Assembly (NCBI RefSeq): GCF_036321535.1
Contig: NC_087436.1
Span: 46,564,001 to 46,628,000, forward strand
Length of the DNA: 64,000 nt
Direction: 5' to 3'
Source: Camelus dromedarius
Taxonomy: Eukaryota
Shown: one piece after another, positions 24,501-36,845 of the stretch
Position numbering within the stretch: position 1 is the first letter of the stretch
Layout of the letters: each line of letters opens with the position of its first letter
Made by a program: the position numbers and the translations under genes
Notes under the pieces: model-generated
The model's database searches: none
What the model was told of the DNA's origin: nothing
What the model saw: only the letters and a program-made list of their open reading frames with translations

Positions 24501-26680
24501 TTCTTTTCCATTTATGTTTTTGCTAATGTATTTCTTTTCTTTTTCTTTATGGGCAATGCAACTCTACTATGGATAATTTCATTTCTCTGTTTAATAGCAT
24601 TCCTAAGCTGTTAGCGTGTGATTTTATTTTAAAAGTTCATGGATTTATAATTATGGTTCAATGACCAGTCTTTCTTAATGTAAAGGAAAACAAAACGGTG
24701 TACCTGTAGATGCTGTGTGTTTACTTGGATTGTGGATCCTCTTCTTTCTAGTTCATTTCATATGCCGTATGTCTTTTCCAACATTCATTCTCACCTTTTA
24801 GCTTGTATGGTTTGATTAAGCGTGACAAAATCAACGTCAGATAGGTCTGCACACATTCGTAGAATACCTGACACATAAATTTGCCTAAGCTTTTCTTCTG
24901 GTTTTCATTTTCATTATGAAAAGCAGTCTTGAGGGACTTTTATTTCTCATTTGATTTCATAGAAAACATGAGAATGTATTGAATTTCCACCAAAAAAAAA
25001 AATCTGTTCTTGAATCCTGTACATGATGTTCTGTTGGGACAGTAAGGACTCTTGTGCATCCAGTAGTTCATTCTGTATGCCCTTTGTCTACTATGCATAT
25101 ATATCTGCTAGTTTGGAAATGGTCAAATAAGCATGTCAGTACCTATGGAAAAATTAACTGATATCTTATATTTTTATCACTTAGAAAATATGCTTAATTT
25201 TCCAAGGCTTTATTTTTAATGTTCATATTGTAGCATAAAAAGTTAACACCACTTTTCATACTTTTTTTTTATTTTTTTGGCCACTATATATAATCTTACC
25301 CAGAAATAAGTTATACTTGAAAGGTGGGTGGTGTTTTGATATCTTCCAGTAAGTTATCATAGAAACATGCAGATATTGATATTTGAAACCTTGTTTTTCT
25401 CCATTTTTTGATAATCACATTAGATTAATAAATAATATTATGCAAAATGAACTTTTCTAATTTCTACCAAAACAAACAAACAAAAAAAACCTTGCTATCT
25501 CTAGAAAGTTGAATCCAAAGCAAACTAATCTTATATTCTCAAAAACAGTAATTAAGAACAATCACATGTGATTCTGGCTGTTAAAACAATTCATTCCTAG
25601 GGGAATTAACATACTTGACCAATTATGATCCTGCTAAATTATATTTTAGAATGTAAGGACTTTCAGTCCCTACTTTTCCCCATTTTTATTGAAATATCTT
25701 TGTATTGGTTGAATTTACTATATACCAGGGCAGAGATACCCTATATTCTTAGTGGATTTTGTTTTTGGTAATCCAACACAGAAGCATTTTAATGGCATTT
25801 CTGATTTTTTAAATGTATTTAAATGCATAAGATTCCCTTTGCTGCTTATAGACAGAACTGTCCTTGTGGGAATATGAAGACTTTTTCAACCTGATCTGTT
25901 ATGTTTGATTTATTGATAACAAAGTACCAACATTTCTCAAAATGCTGTGGATAATCTCAGAAATATTAATAAATTGGATTCACAAAAGAATGTCTTACAT
26001 ATTATTGACATTTATGTGAATATTCTTTTTACTGTTGTAAATGTTTCATGCAATCTAATAACATTTTTAAAAGATGTATGTATCTGATTTTCCTTTAGAA
26101 AATATTATATTTTTATTTGTATTTTTTACATTTTAAAGTTCATCTCTATGTGCAGCTATTTTTATATTGCCAAAAAAATCACGTAAATACAAAATAAGAG
26201 AAAAATGCAAAAAAAATATTTTGGCAAGCATTACACTGCATATTTTTCTTAACGTTTTGTGGGCCAGTCTCATGTAATTGATTATTCTAAGAATGTGTTG
26301 TGTCTTATCACTGTAAATATGGCACAAACCTGTTTTTCTCAGTAGTGTAAATAATTGAAAGATTGAATTCTCCCTGTTTGACTTCTTATTTCAATCTCAT
26401 TGTAACTTCTCCAGCTGACATTGCTGAATCAAAGGACCCATGTGGTTTTTGATTTGCAGCTTGGAGAGAATTGCATTCTGCTCAGTTTCTAATTTGTTTT
26501 TATTTGCTTTTATAAACTTGATTTCAGGGTTCCTAGTTTGTGAGAAGTTGATCTTCAGAATTATTTTTACACTATTTATGACTTATTTTCATAATGTAAT
26601 AAGTGTGTAATTATTACAATATTAATCCAAACAATGGTAATGAATTGTATTGTTATAAAGCTTTATTGATGTTCACAAAC
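21498..26680 (+). other. COL25A1: COL25A1 terminal exon: stop codon TGA (21498-21500) plus long 3'UTR (end approximate)
   Basis: Strong acceptor tttgtttctctgcag|TGA TGA. AT-rich stretch with no recognisable repeat to ~26750. AATAAA at 22390, 25427 and 25968; TATAAA at 26654 followed by a GU-rich tract. Confidence 0.72.
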
Positions 26681-26754
26681 ACCTTGGTCTGTTTTCTCTG
26701 ATTTAAACACCGCCCATAAAGAATTTTATTCTTCTCTTCTTTTTCGTCAACTTT

Positions 26755-26920
26755 TTTATTCTTTTTTTTTTTATTGAAATGCAGTTGATTTACAATATTA
26801 GTTTCAGGTGTACAGCAAAGCAATTCAGTTATACATATACATACATACATATATATTTTTTCAGTTCCTTTTCCATTACAGCTCATTACAAGAAATTGAA
26901 TATAGTTCCCTGTGCTAGAC
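26755..26920 (-). mobile_element. L1 3'-end fragment
   Basis: poly(T) then 'ttattgaaatgcagttgatttacaatattagtttcaggtgtacagc...gaatatagttccctgtgct'. Confidence 0.8.
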
Positions 26921-29085
26921 AACCTGCCCTTGCTTTTCAGTTCTTCAACCAGATTCTTCTCTGTCACTTCCAGATCCTCTCTCTATCACTTTCTCATCCC
27001 TTCTTTACCTAAAAACCCATTTTACCTCTCTAACTCCTACCTATCTTCTGTGTCTCTATTTAGACATCACTGCTTCTGAGTTCCCTTTGCATCTTGATTT
27101 CATTTATCGCAGTGCTTTTTCATGGTTCTGCTCCATGGAGAGGTATGGCTGTGTTGTTTGCTCTTATGTTCTTAATGTCCAGCACAATGCCTAGCAAAGA
27201 GTTGGCACCCAATAAATATTTGCTGAATAAATAAGTGAATGAAAGCAATTACTCAGAGGGATACAGAACAAGCCATCCAAGGGTAATATAAGTAACTGGT
27301 GTGAAAATATGCAACAGTGAGCATATAATCCTTATGAAAATTTGCATGACTGCTCCATTGACTCAGAAATGATAACATAATTCTACAGGCATGTTCTTTT
27401 CTGTTCTCTTACAACATTTACATCAAATCAGTTTCAACATCAAATAGTGATAGCAACAATGACCTAGGGGAGCGATTCCTTACCTCTTTTGGACCAAGTT
27501 GTATTCCCTTGAGAACAAATGTGCTATGAAATCATAATGGGTAGTCCACAAATAAAATCATTAAGTATAGAATATGTACTGGAATGCCCATCAAAGGGAT
27601 AAAGGATACAGTCTCCACAGACCACAGTTTGGAAAATGCTGCTCTAGAGTATTATTTGATCTAATTCAGTCAACACCTGCCACAGCTCGGGTGTGCAGGC
27701 AGCCAGCGTGCCTCACGCCTTTTTGCTTGGTCGGCATTCCTATCACAGGAGCAGCTCCAAGGAGTGACGCTATTCCAAGCTGTCTTCATTGGCGACACCT
27801 CACTCTTTGGCACTTGTTTCCACTCCTCCTTTTCATCTCCATTGCTCCCCCAACCCCCTCTCATATCGCCATCCTAAAATGTACTAGGATTCACTTCTTA
27901 ACCGGAATTGGAATGTGATTTCAATGTCGACCCAAATCCATCTTTCAAGGCAATGACAAGATCCAAGAGTAAGAAAGTCCCACTTGGGAAGTGTGTGTCA
28001 GCAGAGTGCAAAGCTAACTTTTCTGGCTAAATTATGAGTTTGTACTTGCAAACTGAAGGGGAGGTTGGACTATGAGAACCAGAAAAGCAGGTGAGCCACA
28101 GTTATACTGAGCCTAAATATCAAGTCACAGGTTGAGCAGCAAGGAATGCTGAGGTTGTCAGACTGTGGAAGAAATAGTTGTTGACTCCACCTGTGGCTGA
28201 AATGACTGGTAGGTGGGCAAAGTATCAAACAGCCATATGGTGTTGAATAACTATGATTTTCCTAGACTGTTCTGGAAAATCATAAAATAAAAACAAATAT
28301 AAGCAAAAGCAAGTGATAATGGAAAAACTGAGTAAAACTGGCAAGAGAATTTATCTTTAGCTAATTTCAGCTACATATTTTGCACCATTTGCTGCTTTAA
28401 ACTTACTGCCCATAATCTACTGTCCACAATTTATTGCCATAATTAGCTCTCAATTTTTTCTTTTAATTCATCTAATAATTTTAGTGCTGCTCTGTGAATG
28501 CCACAACAGTAAAGGTGTCTTTTCTACTTTCAGGGCTGAAGGATTCATTGATTTTAAAAAAGTACTTTCCTCCCTGACTCACCACCTTTCCCAAAAATAC
28601 AAGAAAGGGGAAAAAGCCTAATTATGTTATGTTCTTGATACAAAAAAGGGGGAGGGAGGTAATACATAATACAAGAATAGGGAAATTGAAATATAGCATT
28701 TGAGAAAATTCAGTAAGTACTCCTGATAAAAATTGAAATAGAATCAAGTTTCCTTAACCTGGTATAAAGATAAATACATTAAAAACCTACAGCAAACATC
28801 TTTTAAAAAAACATTTTGAGGTACAATTAACCTGTAAAAAGCTGTACGTATTTAGCATATACAACTTGATGAGTTTGGGGATAAGTATACACCTGTGAAA
28901 CCATCACCACCATCTACAAACATCTTTCTTAACAGCAAGAAGTTAGAAATGTTTCCTTTAAAATCAAAAACAAGAAAGGAATATTTACTATCACTACTCC
29001 TATTATTGTATGGAATGTCTCAGCCAATGCAATTAGAAAACAAAAAATAAAGTAAAAGGGTTGAAAAGAAAGGAACAAAACTGCC

Positions 29086-29582
29086 TGTATTTGTTTTTTC
29101 AAGGCTGTTGCAATAAATTACCAAAATTTCATGACTTGAAACAACACAAATATATTATCTTACAGTTCCATAGTTTAGAAGCCCAAAATGATCTCACCGT
29201 GATAAAATCAAGGTGTCAGCAGGGCAGCATTCCTCTTTGAAGGGTCTAGAGGAGAATCAGTACCAGCTTCCAGCGGCCGCCTGCATCCCTCGGCTCATGG
29301 CTGCCTTCCTCCATCTTCAAAGCCAGCAACATCGGGCCGAGTGCTGATGCTGCCATCTCTCTGGTTCTTCCTCTTCTGCCTCCCTCTTCCTCTTTTAAAG
29401 ATCTTTGTAACTTCATTCACCATCTTGGATAATCTAGGATAATCTCCCTAATTTAAAGTCAGCTGATTAGCAAACAGTTTTCCTACAACCTTAATTCACC
29501 TTTGGCATATGGCCTAACATATTCGCATGCTCTAGGGATAAGGACACGGATATCCTTGGGGGGGGTTATTCTGCCCCCTACA
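29086..29582 (-). mobile_element. MLT1 (MaLR) solo LTR inserted in an old L1 ORF2 relic (~28700-29740)
   Basis: TG...CA termini; 5-bp TSD CTGCC at 29081-29085 and 29583-29587; MLT1 motifs. Confidence 0.85.
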
Positions 29583-31054
29583 CTGCCATTATTCACAGGT
29601 TATTTGATTCTGTATATAGAGAAACCTAAAGAAATGACAAATTATCAGAATTTATAGTATTTGCAGCCTGTACAAATTATAAGTAGTTAACAAGCAGTGA
29701 TATTTTTGACAAAATAAAAATGCCATTTACATCTCATACCTTTCACATGCTATACTAGTAAGAATACTTGAAACTCTTCTCATCATGGTAATACTTCAAT
29801 ATTTCTTGACTTCTATTTATCTTCAAAACATTAAGCTATCTGAGGATTTCCTGAAAGAGCATGCGACAGGACACTGCTGCTACACACTGTCACACTGCGC
29901 CTCACAATGCTGAGAAGTAAACATTATTCTCCCTCTTCCTACAAATGAAAAAGCTGAGACTCAGAGAGGTTGGATCAGTGCTCATCCAGAAAATAAGTGA
30001 CAGAGCAAGGATCTTAATCCAGGACAAACGTTATAGCTCCAGAAAGTTCTACCACGGTACGGCTTTACCTCTCTGCCCCCGGGGGAGGTACTCGGCGCCT
30101 CTACCATTTCTTCCAACTTTGAGATGACATGATTCCATGTGTGACTAGTGATGATAAACAACAATAATACCACCTTATATTTCCATAGCATTTTGTATTT
30201 TTAAATCATTGTCATAACAATTATATCTGATTCTTATAGTAACTAAATATGATGAATAACAGTATCTTAATATTTCATTTGAGGAAAGAATTCAAAGAGA
30301 AAGATTAGCCCAAATGACACAGTTTTTAATAGCAGAGCATAGAACCAGAGTCTCCAAAGTCTTAGAACATTGTCTGACCACCAAGAAACAGAGCATGTAA
30401 ACCCTCACTACCCACAGTGTTCCAAAAGCCTTTTTAACCTGTATTTCCACGAGATGTTTAGAGCTAGGGAATCGTCTATTCTCAAGTCTCGTCATTTTTC
30501 TTCTGATTTAAGCTCTTTCCTTTAGGTGGTAATATTAGGAATAAATCATTTCTAGAATGTTTTCAACTAACGTTTGCAAAGTCTTTCTTGGCATTCCAAA
30601 GGCAAGTAGTTTAGTGTTTAAGAACTGAGTTGCTGGAGGCAAATGGCCTGTTTTTAAATCCCTGTTTGACCACTTACTAAGGCAACTCATCTCATCTCAG
30701 TGTCCTGGCTGGTAAAATGGGAATGATACAAGTACCTACCTCAAGGTGTCAGTTAATGCAAGTATCTAGTGAGTCAATACGTACACACACTCAGGTCAGG
30801 GCCGGTCCAGAGTCAGCACTCAGGGAACATGAGCTCTTATTCTCTGCAGAGCAAAAGCCCTGCGTTCTATTATCTTAGTGGAAAGATGGCAGTGACTAGA
30901 AGGGTCCAGTCTGTGTTAAGACAGAGAGGCATTTGTTCTTAAAGTCTAAATCCTTTCTCTTGCATTTCCGTGATGGCTTTACTATCACAAGAGAATCTGT
31001 ATATACGGAGAGAAAAGCTAATGAGAAAGATAGTCTTCTTCCCCTGCTCCCGGG

Positions 31055-31668
31055 TTTACTGAGGTACAATTGACAAATAAAAATTGTATACATTTAAAGT
31101 ATACAGAATGTTGTTTTGACATATGTATACACTGTGAAATGATTACCAAAATCAAGTTAATTATCATATTCATTGCCTTATGTGGTTACCATTTATGTGT
31201 GTGTGGTGAGAATGCAGAATTATTAACTAATAACAATACTGTCATTAGACTGTATATGAGACTATACACTAGATCTCCAGAACTTATTCTTCTTACAGAA
31301 CTGAAACTTTGTACCTTTTGCACTCATTTCCCCCACTCCCCAGCCCCTGGAAACTACCATTCTACTCTCTGCTTTTATAAGTTCAACTTTTTTAGAGTCC
31401 ATATATAAGTGACATCATGCAGTATTTGTCTTTCTGCATCTGGCTTATTTCACTTAGCGTAATTTCCTCCAGTTTCATCCATATTATAACAAATGGCAAT
31501 ATTTCCTTCTTTTTAATAGCTGAATAATATTCCTCTACCCCCATATATGTGTGTGTGTGTGCGCGCGCACGTGTGCATATGTATGTATATCACATTTTCT
31601 TTATCCCTTCATCTGCTCATGGACACTTAGGATGTTTCTTTATCTTGACTATTGTAAATAATGTTGCA
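31055..31668 (-). mobile_element. L1 3' fragment (L1MA/MB-like)
   Basis: 'tgacatcatgcagtatttgtctttctgcatctggcttatttcacttagc...ggacacttaggatgtttc'. Confidence 0.85.
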
Positions 31669-32560
31669 GGTAGTTTTCCTCTAATAAGTTGAGTTCAAAA
31701 ATAGTGAATGTCACTACCTCCCAAGATACTTAGCAAGTTTCCTTGTGCAAAGATAGTTAAATTAATTATTGACAGGAGAAAGATTTGGGACTCTCAGGAA
31801 TGAGCAATTAGAGAGAAGGCCATCAAAAGACAGTTGTATTAAGAACCACTGAAGTAAAGACATTTTGCTACATTTTCACCCATGCTGTATGCACAATCCA
31901 GTCAAACCACTGGACAAGCTAGAAGTGCAAGCATCTTTTTTAAGGAGTTCCACATGCCAAACACACACAACCCTGAGCTTTTGTGTTCCAAATCTGGTAC
32001 GACACAGCGTACTGTAATATTAACAAACACAAAGAGATTATTAACACCTAGCTTAAGGTAATGGGCTTTCCAGGAATTAGTCTCTTCCTGCTTAAGTTAA
32101 TAGCACAGAATTTTATTGATGATCCATAAAGGTTAACTCATAAAAATATTGGCACGGACAACGGCAGCACTTTTTCTTCTGTCAGACAGAAATTCAGTGC
32201 ATGGTTGTGTTCTCTTAAAGACATTTGCATTTTGACTAAAATCCAGCCGGCACCTGAAGTTCGGCAGGAAATCAGTGGGTAAATCTCATGATGTTTCCTC
32301 TCCAGAGGCGATGCCTCTCACTCACACGCACTTGAGCTGTTTTCTAAAAACACAAGTGATAGGTCTGCAATGCACCAAGAAAATGCTCTTGTTCAAGGTC
32401 CTCTGAGGCCAGTGGTATGAATCTAAGTGATCCACCAACACACACAAATCTAACTGGTTCCTTAGCTCTATATGTTGTGGGCACTATGACCAAACTCCAG
32501 CTCAACAGTCACAGAGGGCTGCTGCCAAAGTCTGTGGAAATAAGACATAAAGGAATTCAT

Positions 32561-32716
32561 GAGGGGGAAGGCATAGCTCAGTGGTAGAGTGCATGCCTAG
32601 CATGCACAAGGTCCTGGGTTCAATCCCCAGTACCTCCATTAAAAATAAATCAAAACCTAATTACCTCCTCCTCCCCCCCAAAAAAACTTAAAACTTTAAA
32701 AAAAATTTTTTTATAA
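32561..32716 (+). mobile_element. tRNA-derived SINE (vic-1 type)
   Basis: A/B boxes; 12-bp TSD AAAGGAATTCAT at 32549-32560 and 32717-32728. Confidence 0.9.
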
Positions 32717-34244
32717 AAAGGAATTCATCATCGACAGGTAAAGCAGTGATAGTAATTGATGTCATTGAGTGAGCCTGGACCACATACCATCACATACATT
32801 ATCACCTTTATTTCTTATAACCACCCTGTGGGTTAGATACTTATTGTTCTCAATTTACCTATTAGAAAATTAAAACTCAGAAACCTGAAGTAATTTCCTC
32901 CAGGCTCACATGGCTAGAAAGTAGAAGAGCCAGAATTTGAAACTAAGCACCCTGGTTCCTGACACACACCCACAACACTGAAACTAAAGTTAGAGGTGTG
33001 TTCAGGGGACGATGTGGCGCAAAGAAGAGATGTTTGGCCAAACCAACTCCATTTCTCACTCTACAACTCAGGGATGCTAAAAAGGGATGTGGCTAGATTC
33101 ATAGGAAGACTCCCAAAGGTCTGCTCCCAACAGTTGGGAACTGGAGGGTCCACACCCCACTCCTCTCTAAGACCAGAACCAAAATTAATAATCACGCTAC
33201 TTGCTAAAAAGGATTTCTGTCCTTCCATCACGCCTATCAAATCCCATAGTAAATTGGGTCACTGTCTCGTGATGAGTTTCCATTTCCAAAAGCTAGCCAT
33301 AGTCCAATATGCCATTCCTTCTATAAAATATAATCTATTTCTTTGCCAGAATAAATCTGAAAGCAGAAAGAAGTCAATTATGGTGGTTAAACTGACAAAA
33401 ACTTCAAATGCAACTATGGACCCAGGCATCAAATGCACACATGTAAGTATAAATGTAAATACTGTATATAAATACATAGGTGTTTACTTTGGGATCTCAG
33501 GACAGCAGGAAACACAAGGACCAATCCTGTGGTATAGAAGCCACTGATTCATATTCTGAAACATACAAAGATAAAATTAAGACAGAAAAAAATGAGCCAA
33601 GAACACTACATATTTAAGGTTCTGCTTTTGTTAAACTTACTTTACTCTAAGAAAATGCAACCATTTATACCAAAATCACTAATAAGAGACATGAATCAGG
33701 TAATGACAAAACTGTCAGCATAAATGTAGGTAATGCTTAAAATATTCTGAGTTAGAACATTTCATAATAGAATGACTCTAAGATTCTTTTCAATCAACAG
33801 TCTTTTCCCAGGGAAAAGACAAGAATCAAAGTACACACGTAAGGCAATGGATCACATGAGGGTGGTAATTATCGTAAAAGTGTCCATTTAACAGTCCTCC
33901 CTGGTTCAGAGCACTTTCTGTATAGTGTCTCCTAAGAATAACTACATTTAAATTTTATATTGTACTTCTTTTCTGAAGCGCTGAGGGCACCTTCACATAC
34001 AAAATCTAAGTAAGCAGAACACACCTGCGGAAAAGCAATATCGTGTCGGTGAAACGGAAGCAGGAATGATTTCCAGTGTATCCAGCGCACTAACCAAGGC
34101 AACATTCAGACTTTCAGAAAATCAAAAACCTGATTCACAGAGAAGTGGGGAAACGGAAGGTAAAAGATGTGAGTGGATGTTGGGGTACATGCAGGGAACC
34201 ACAAAGTAAACAGATCAAACAGAAAGCTGGCATGTTGACAGTTC

Positions 34245-34530
34245 AGAGGGTTCCTGGTTTCTGGCATCTTCAGTTGTTCTTTGGCTGGCAGGTGCCGTTC
34301 TCCTTGTGTCTTCACATGGTCTTCCCTCCCTACACATCTGTCTCTGTGACAGATTCTCCTTTTTACAAGGACTCGGTCATATTAGATCATATGAGGTTGG
34401 GGCCCACCCTAAGGACCTCATCTGAGCTTGATCATCTGCAAACACCCTATTTCCAAGTAAGACCGTGCCCATGAGCACTGGGAGTCAGAAATGCAACACC
34501 ATTTGGGGGGACATAATTTTGCAACCCGTA
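34245..34530 (-). mobile_element. MLT1A/B-like LTR fragment
   Basis: 'cttcacatggtcttccct...gggcccaccctaaggacctcatct...ggggacataattttgcaacccgtaaca'. Confidence 0.75.
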
Positions 34531-34546
34531 ACAAGAGGGTAGAACA

Positions 34547-34584
34547 AACAACAACAACAACAACAACAACAACAATAATAATAA
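34547..34584. repeat. (AAC)n(AAT)n microsatellite
   Basis: Directly visible. Confidence 0.88.
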
Positions 34585-36175
34585 ATTGAATACAGGTAGA
34601 ACAGGCACCATCCCGGGAGCTTGGCTTTTCTACCCCAAAGATCATGGTACCCAGCAAACTGCTGTGAAACTTCATTTTCTGGGGGTGGTGCTGAAACTGT
34701 AATAATAAAGCGGCTGGCATTGCTTCTGCTAGATTTTTTTTTTAAGAGAGGGCTTCATAATAAAGAAACTTTGGTTTTGGTATTAAGTTTGCTTATTAAT
34801 AACAGATTTTTAGGTAGCTGACACAGGAATTTACATATACTTCAAACTGCACCAAAGTCTACAAGCTAAACAACTGGGACAAAGAGGTAGATAATTTACA
34901 ACTTGGAATAGTCATTACTAAAGGCAGTTTTTAAATTATGAATGTGTCAATGTGTAAACCCAGTGAAGGTCCAGAGCCCGCTCATTTAGCTCCAACAAGT
35001 AATATATTACATGTGTTTTCCTTCTCCAAGACTTCTCACGTATAGTAAATTTTAATGTGAAAGAAAAGACCACATAAGAGATTAATACAAAATAGCACAG
35101 AATCTTATTTTTTGCTTAATGATCCATTAAACTTTAATATTTTAATGAAGTTATATTATAACTTTGTTTCATGAAGCTATAACTTCATTGTAAATGAGAA
35201 AGCCTTAAATTCCACAATGAACTAGAAAATTGTGTATCTCAAAATATTTAGAGTCTCATTAAAAACGAACAAGAGCACTGGGTTTACCATTAGGGAGGAA
35301 CAGATCTATAAAAAGAATTAAGACATATTTATGTAAAATTGTAGTGTATCAGGTACATGGAGGAAAGTGAAGTGGACGTTACTCTTGCTTCAGTAAAGGT
35401 GTCCGATCCTTCATTTGATTCAAGATTTCGAAGTGAATATTCTTCTAAATGTGAAAACGAAAATTGTCCCTAATTTGTCTATTTTCTTTTGCATCCCCTC
35501 AATCCTTCTTCTTGTGATAACTGCAGGTCCCAGATTAAGAAAAAATTATAATCTGATTTTGAGTGAGTGAAGTGTTTTCTACTTTATTCATACCCAACTT
35601 CCCAACTATGCCTCATCAATAAAACTTAATTCAACCTAGTTTGCAGAATTCTAAGCAATAAAGGCGTTTTTTAAAGCACATCTCACCAACAGAGGGCAGA
35701 CCCTGAATGCCCAGAAAAGTTATGTATCCTTAAATGCCCTTGGGCCCAGTTTCCTTAAAAGCTCACATGATAAAGAATTTTAACTGCTCGTTCTTCTGGT
35801 TATATTGATGACCTCAAATTTAATTCACATTTTATCTCTCAAATAAAGTCCTCTTGTTTTTAAGAAATCAGCATCAAAAAACAAACAAATAAGCCAACCA
35901 CATGTTTCTACAAGTTCCCAATCCAAATAATACAAGTATTAGAATAAAACTTACATATACGGCCAGCGGGTTTTTCCAGTAAACCCAAGGAAAGATGTGT
36001 ATTTGTTAAAAATGAGAAATCTGAGGGCTAATTACCATAAAGATTTATATTTCAGTTAAAATAAATAAATTGTAAACAAAATATTTGCCCCAGAAGGGCC
36101 CATCTATTTGAAAACTGACAGGAAGAAATTGCCTGAGTGTTAATAAATTCTTGACTTTAAAAAATTAAATGAATT

Positions 36176-36316
36176 AAGGGGGTAAGTACAGCTCAGTGAT
36201 AGAGCACATGTTTAGCATGTACAAGGTCCTGGGTTCAATTTCTAGGACCTTTACTAAAAACTAAAGTTAAAAAAATTAAACCTAATTATCTCTCCCCTCA
36301 AAATTTTTTTAATTAA
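36176..36316 (+). mobile_element. tRNA-derived SINE (vic-1 type)
   Basis: A/B boxes; 17-bp TSD AAAAAATTAAATGAATT at 36159-36175 and 36317-36333. Confidence 0.88.
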
Positions 36317-36734
36317 AAAAAATTAAATGAATTTTTAAATTCTTTTTTTAAACAGTAACAATTTAAAACAGTAACATTACCTTTTATAAAATCCTTTATT
36401 GATTAGATAGCAAGTTCTAAAATTTTAATTAATATAAAATAATTTGATTAAGTTCAAAAAGTGAAAATTGCTTTTCTCTCTCAATCTTTCTCAATCTACC
36501 TTCCCCATCTCCACACTTGATATTTAAGTCAAAAACACTTTAGCACACAACACAAAGCCTCAGAATAAGATAAACAAACCAAGACCCCTTGCCTTCAAGG
36601 TACGTGCAGTCTAGACGGACAAAATCAACCCATTGGAAAGCTCCAGGCGGCAGACAGTAAATTCTGTAACAGTGGCACAAAGTGTTGTGGGGGAAACCAA
36701 AAGAAATACTCAGTAGTTCTCAAACTCATGGTTA

Positions 36735-36845
36735 TCTTTTCATTCAATTTGTATTTTTAATGGAGGAACTGGGGATTGAACTCAGGACCTCACACATGCT
36801 AAGCGTGCACTCTATCACTGAGCTATACAACTGCCCCCCACCCCT
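36735..36845 (-). mobile_element. tRNA-derived SINE (short form)
   Basis: Reverse complement of the same head: ggggattgaactcaggacct...cactgagctatac. Confidence 0.82.

Noticed and set aside
32996..33547. 183-aa ORF on + strand
   Set aside because: GTG start, no recognisable domain or splice support, begins in MIR-adjacent DNA; consistent with chance.
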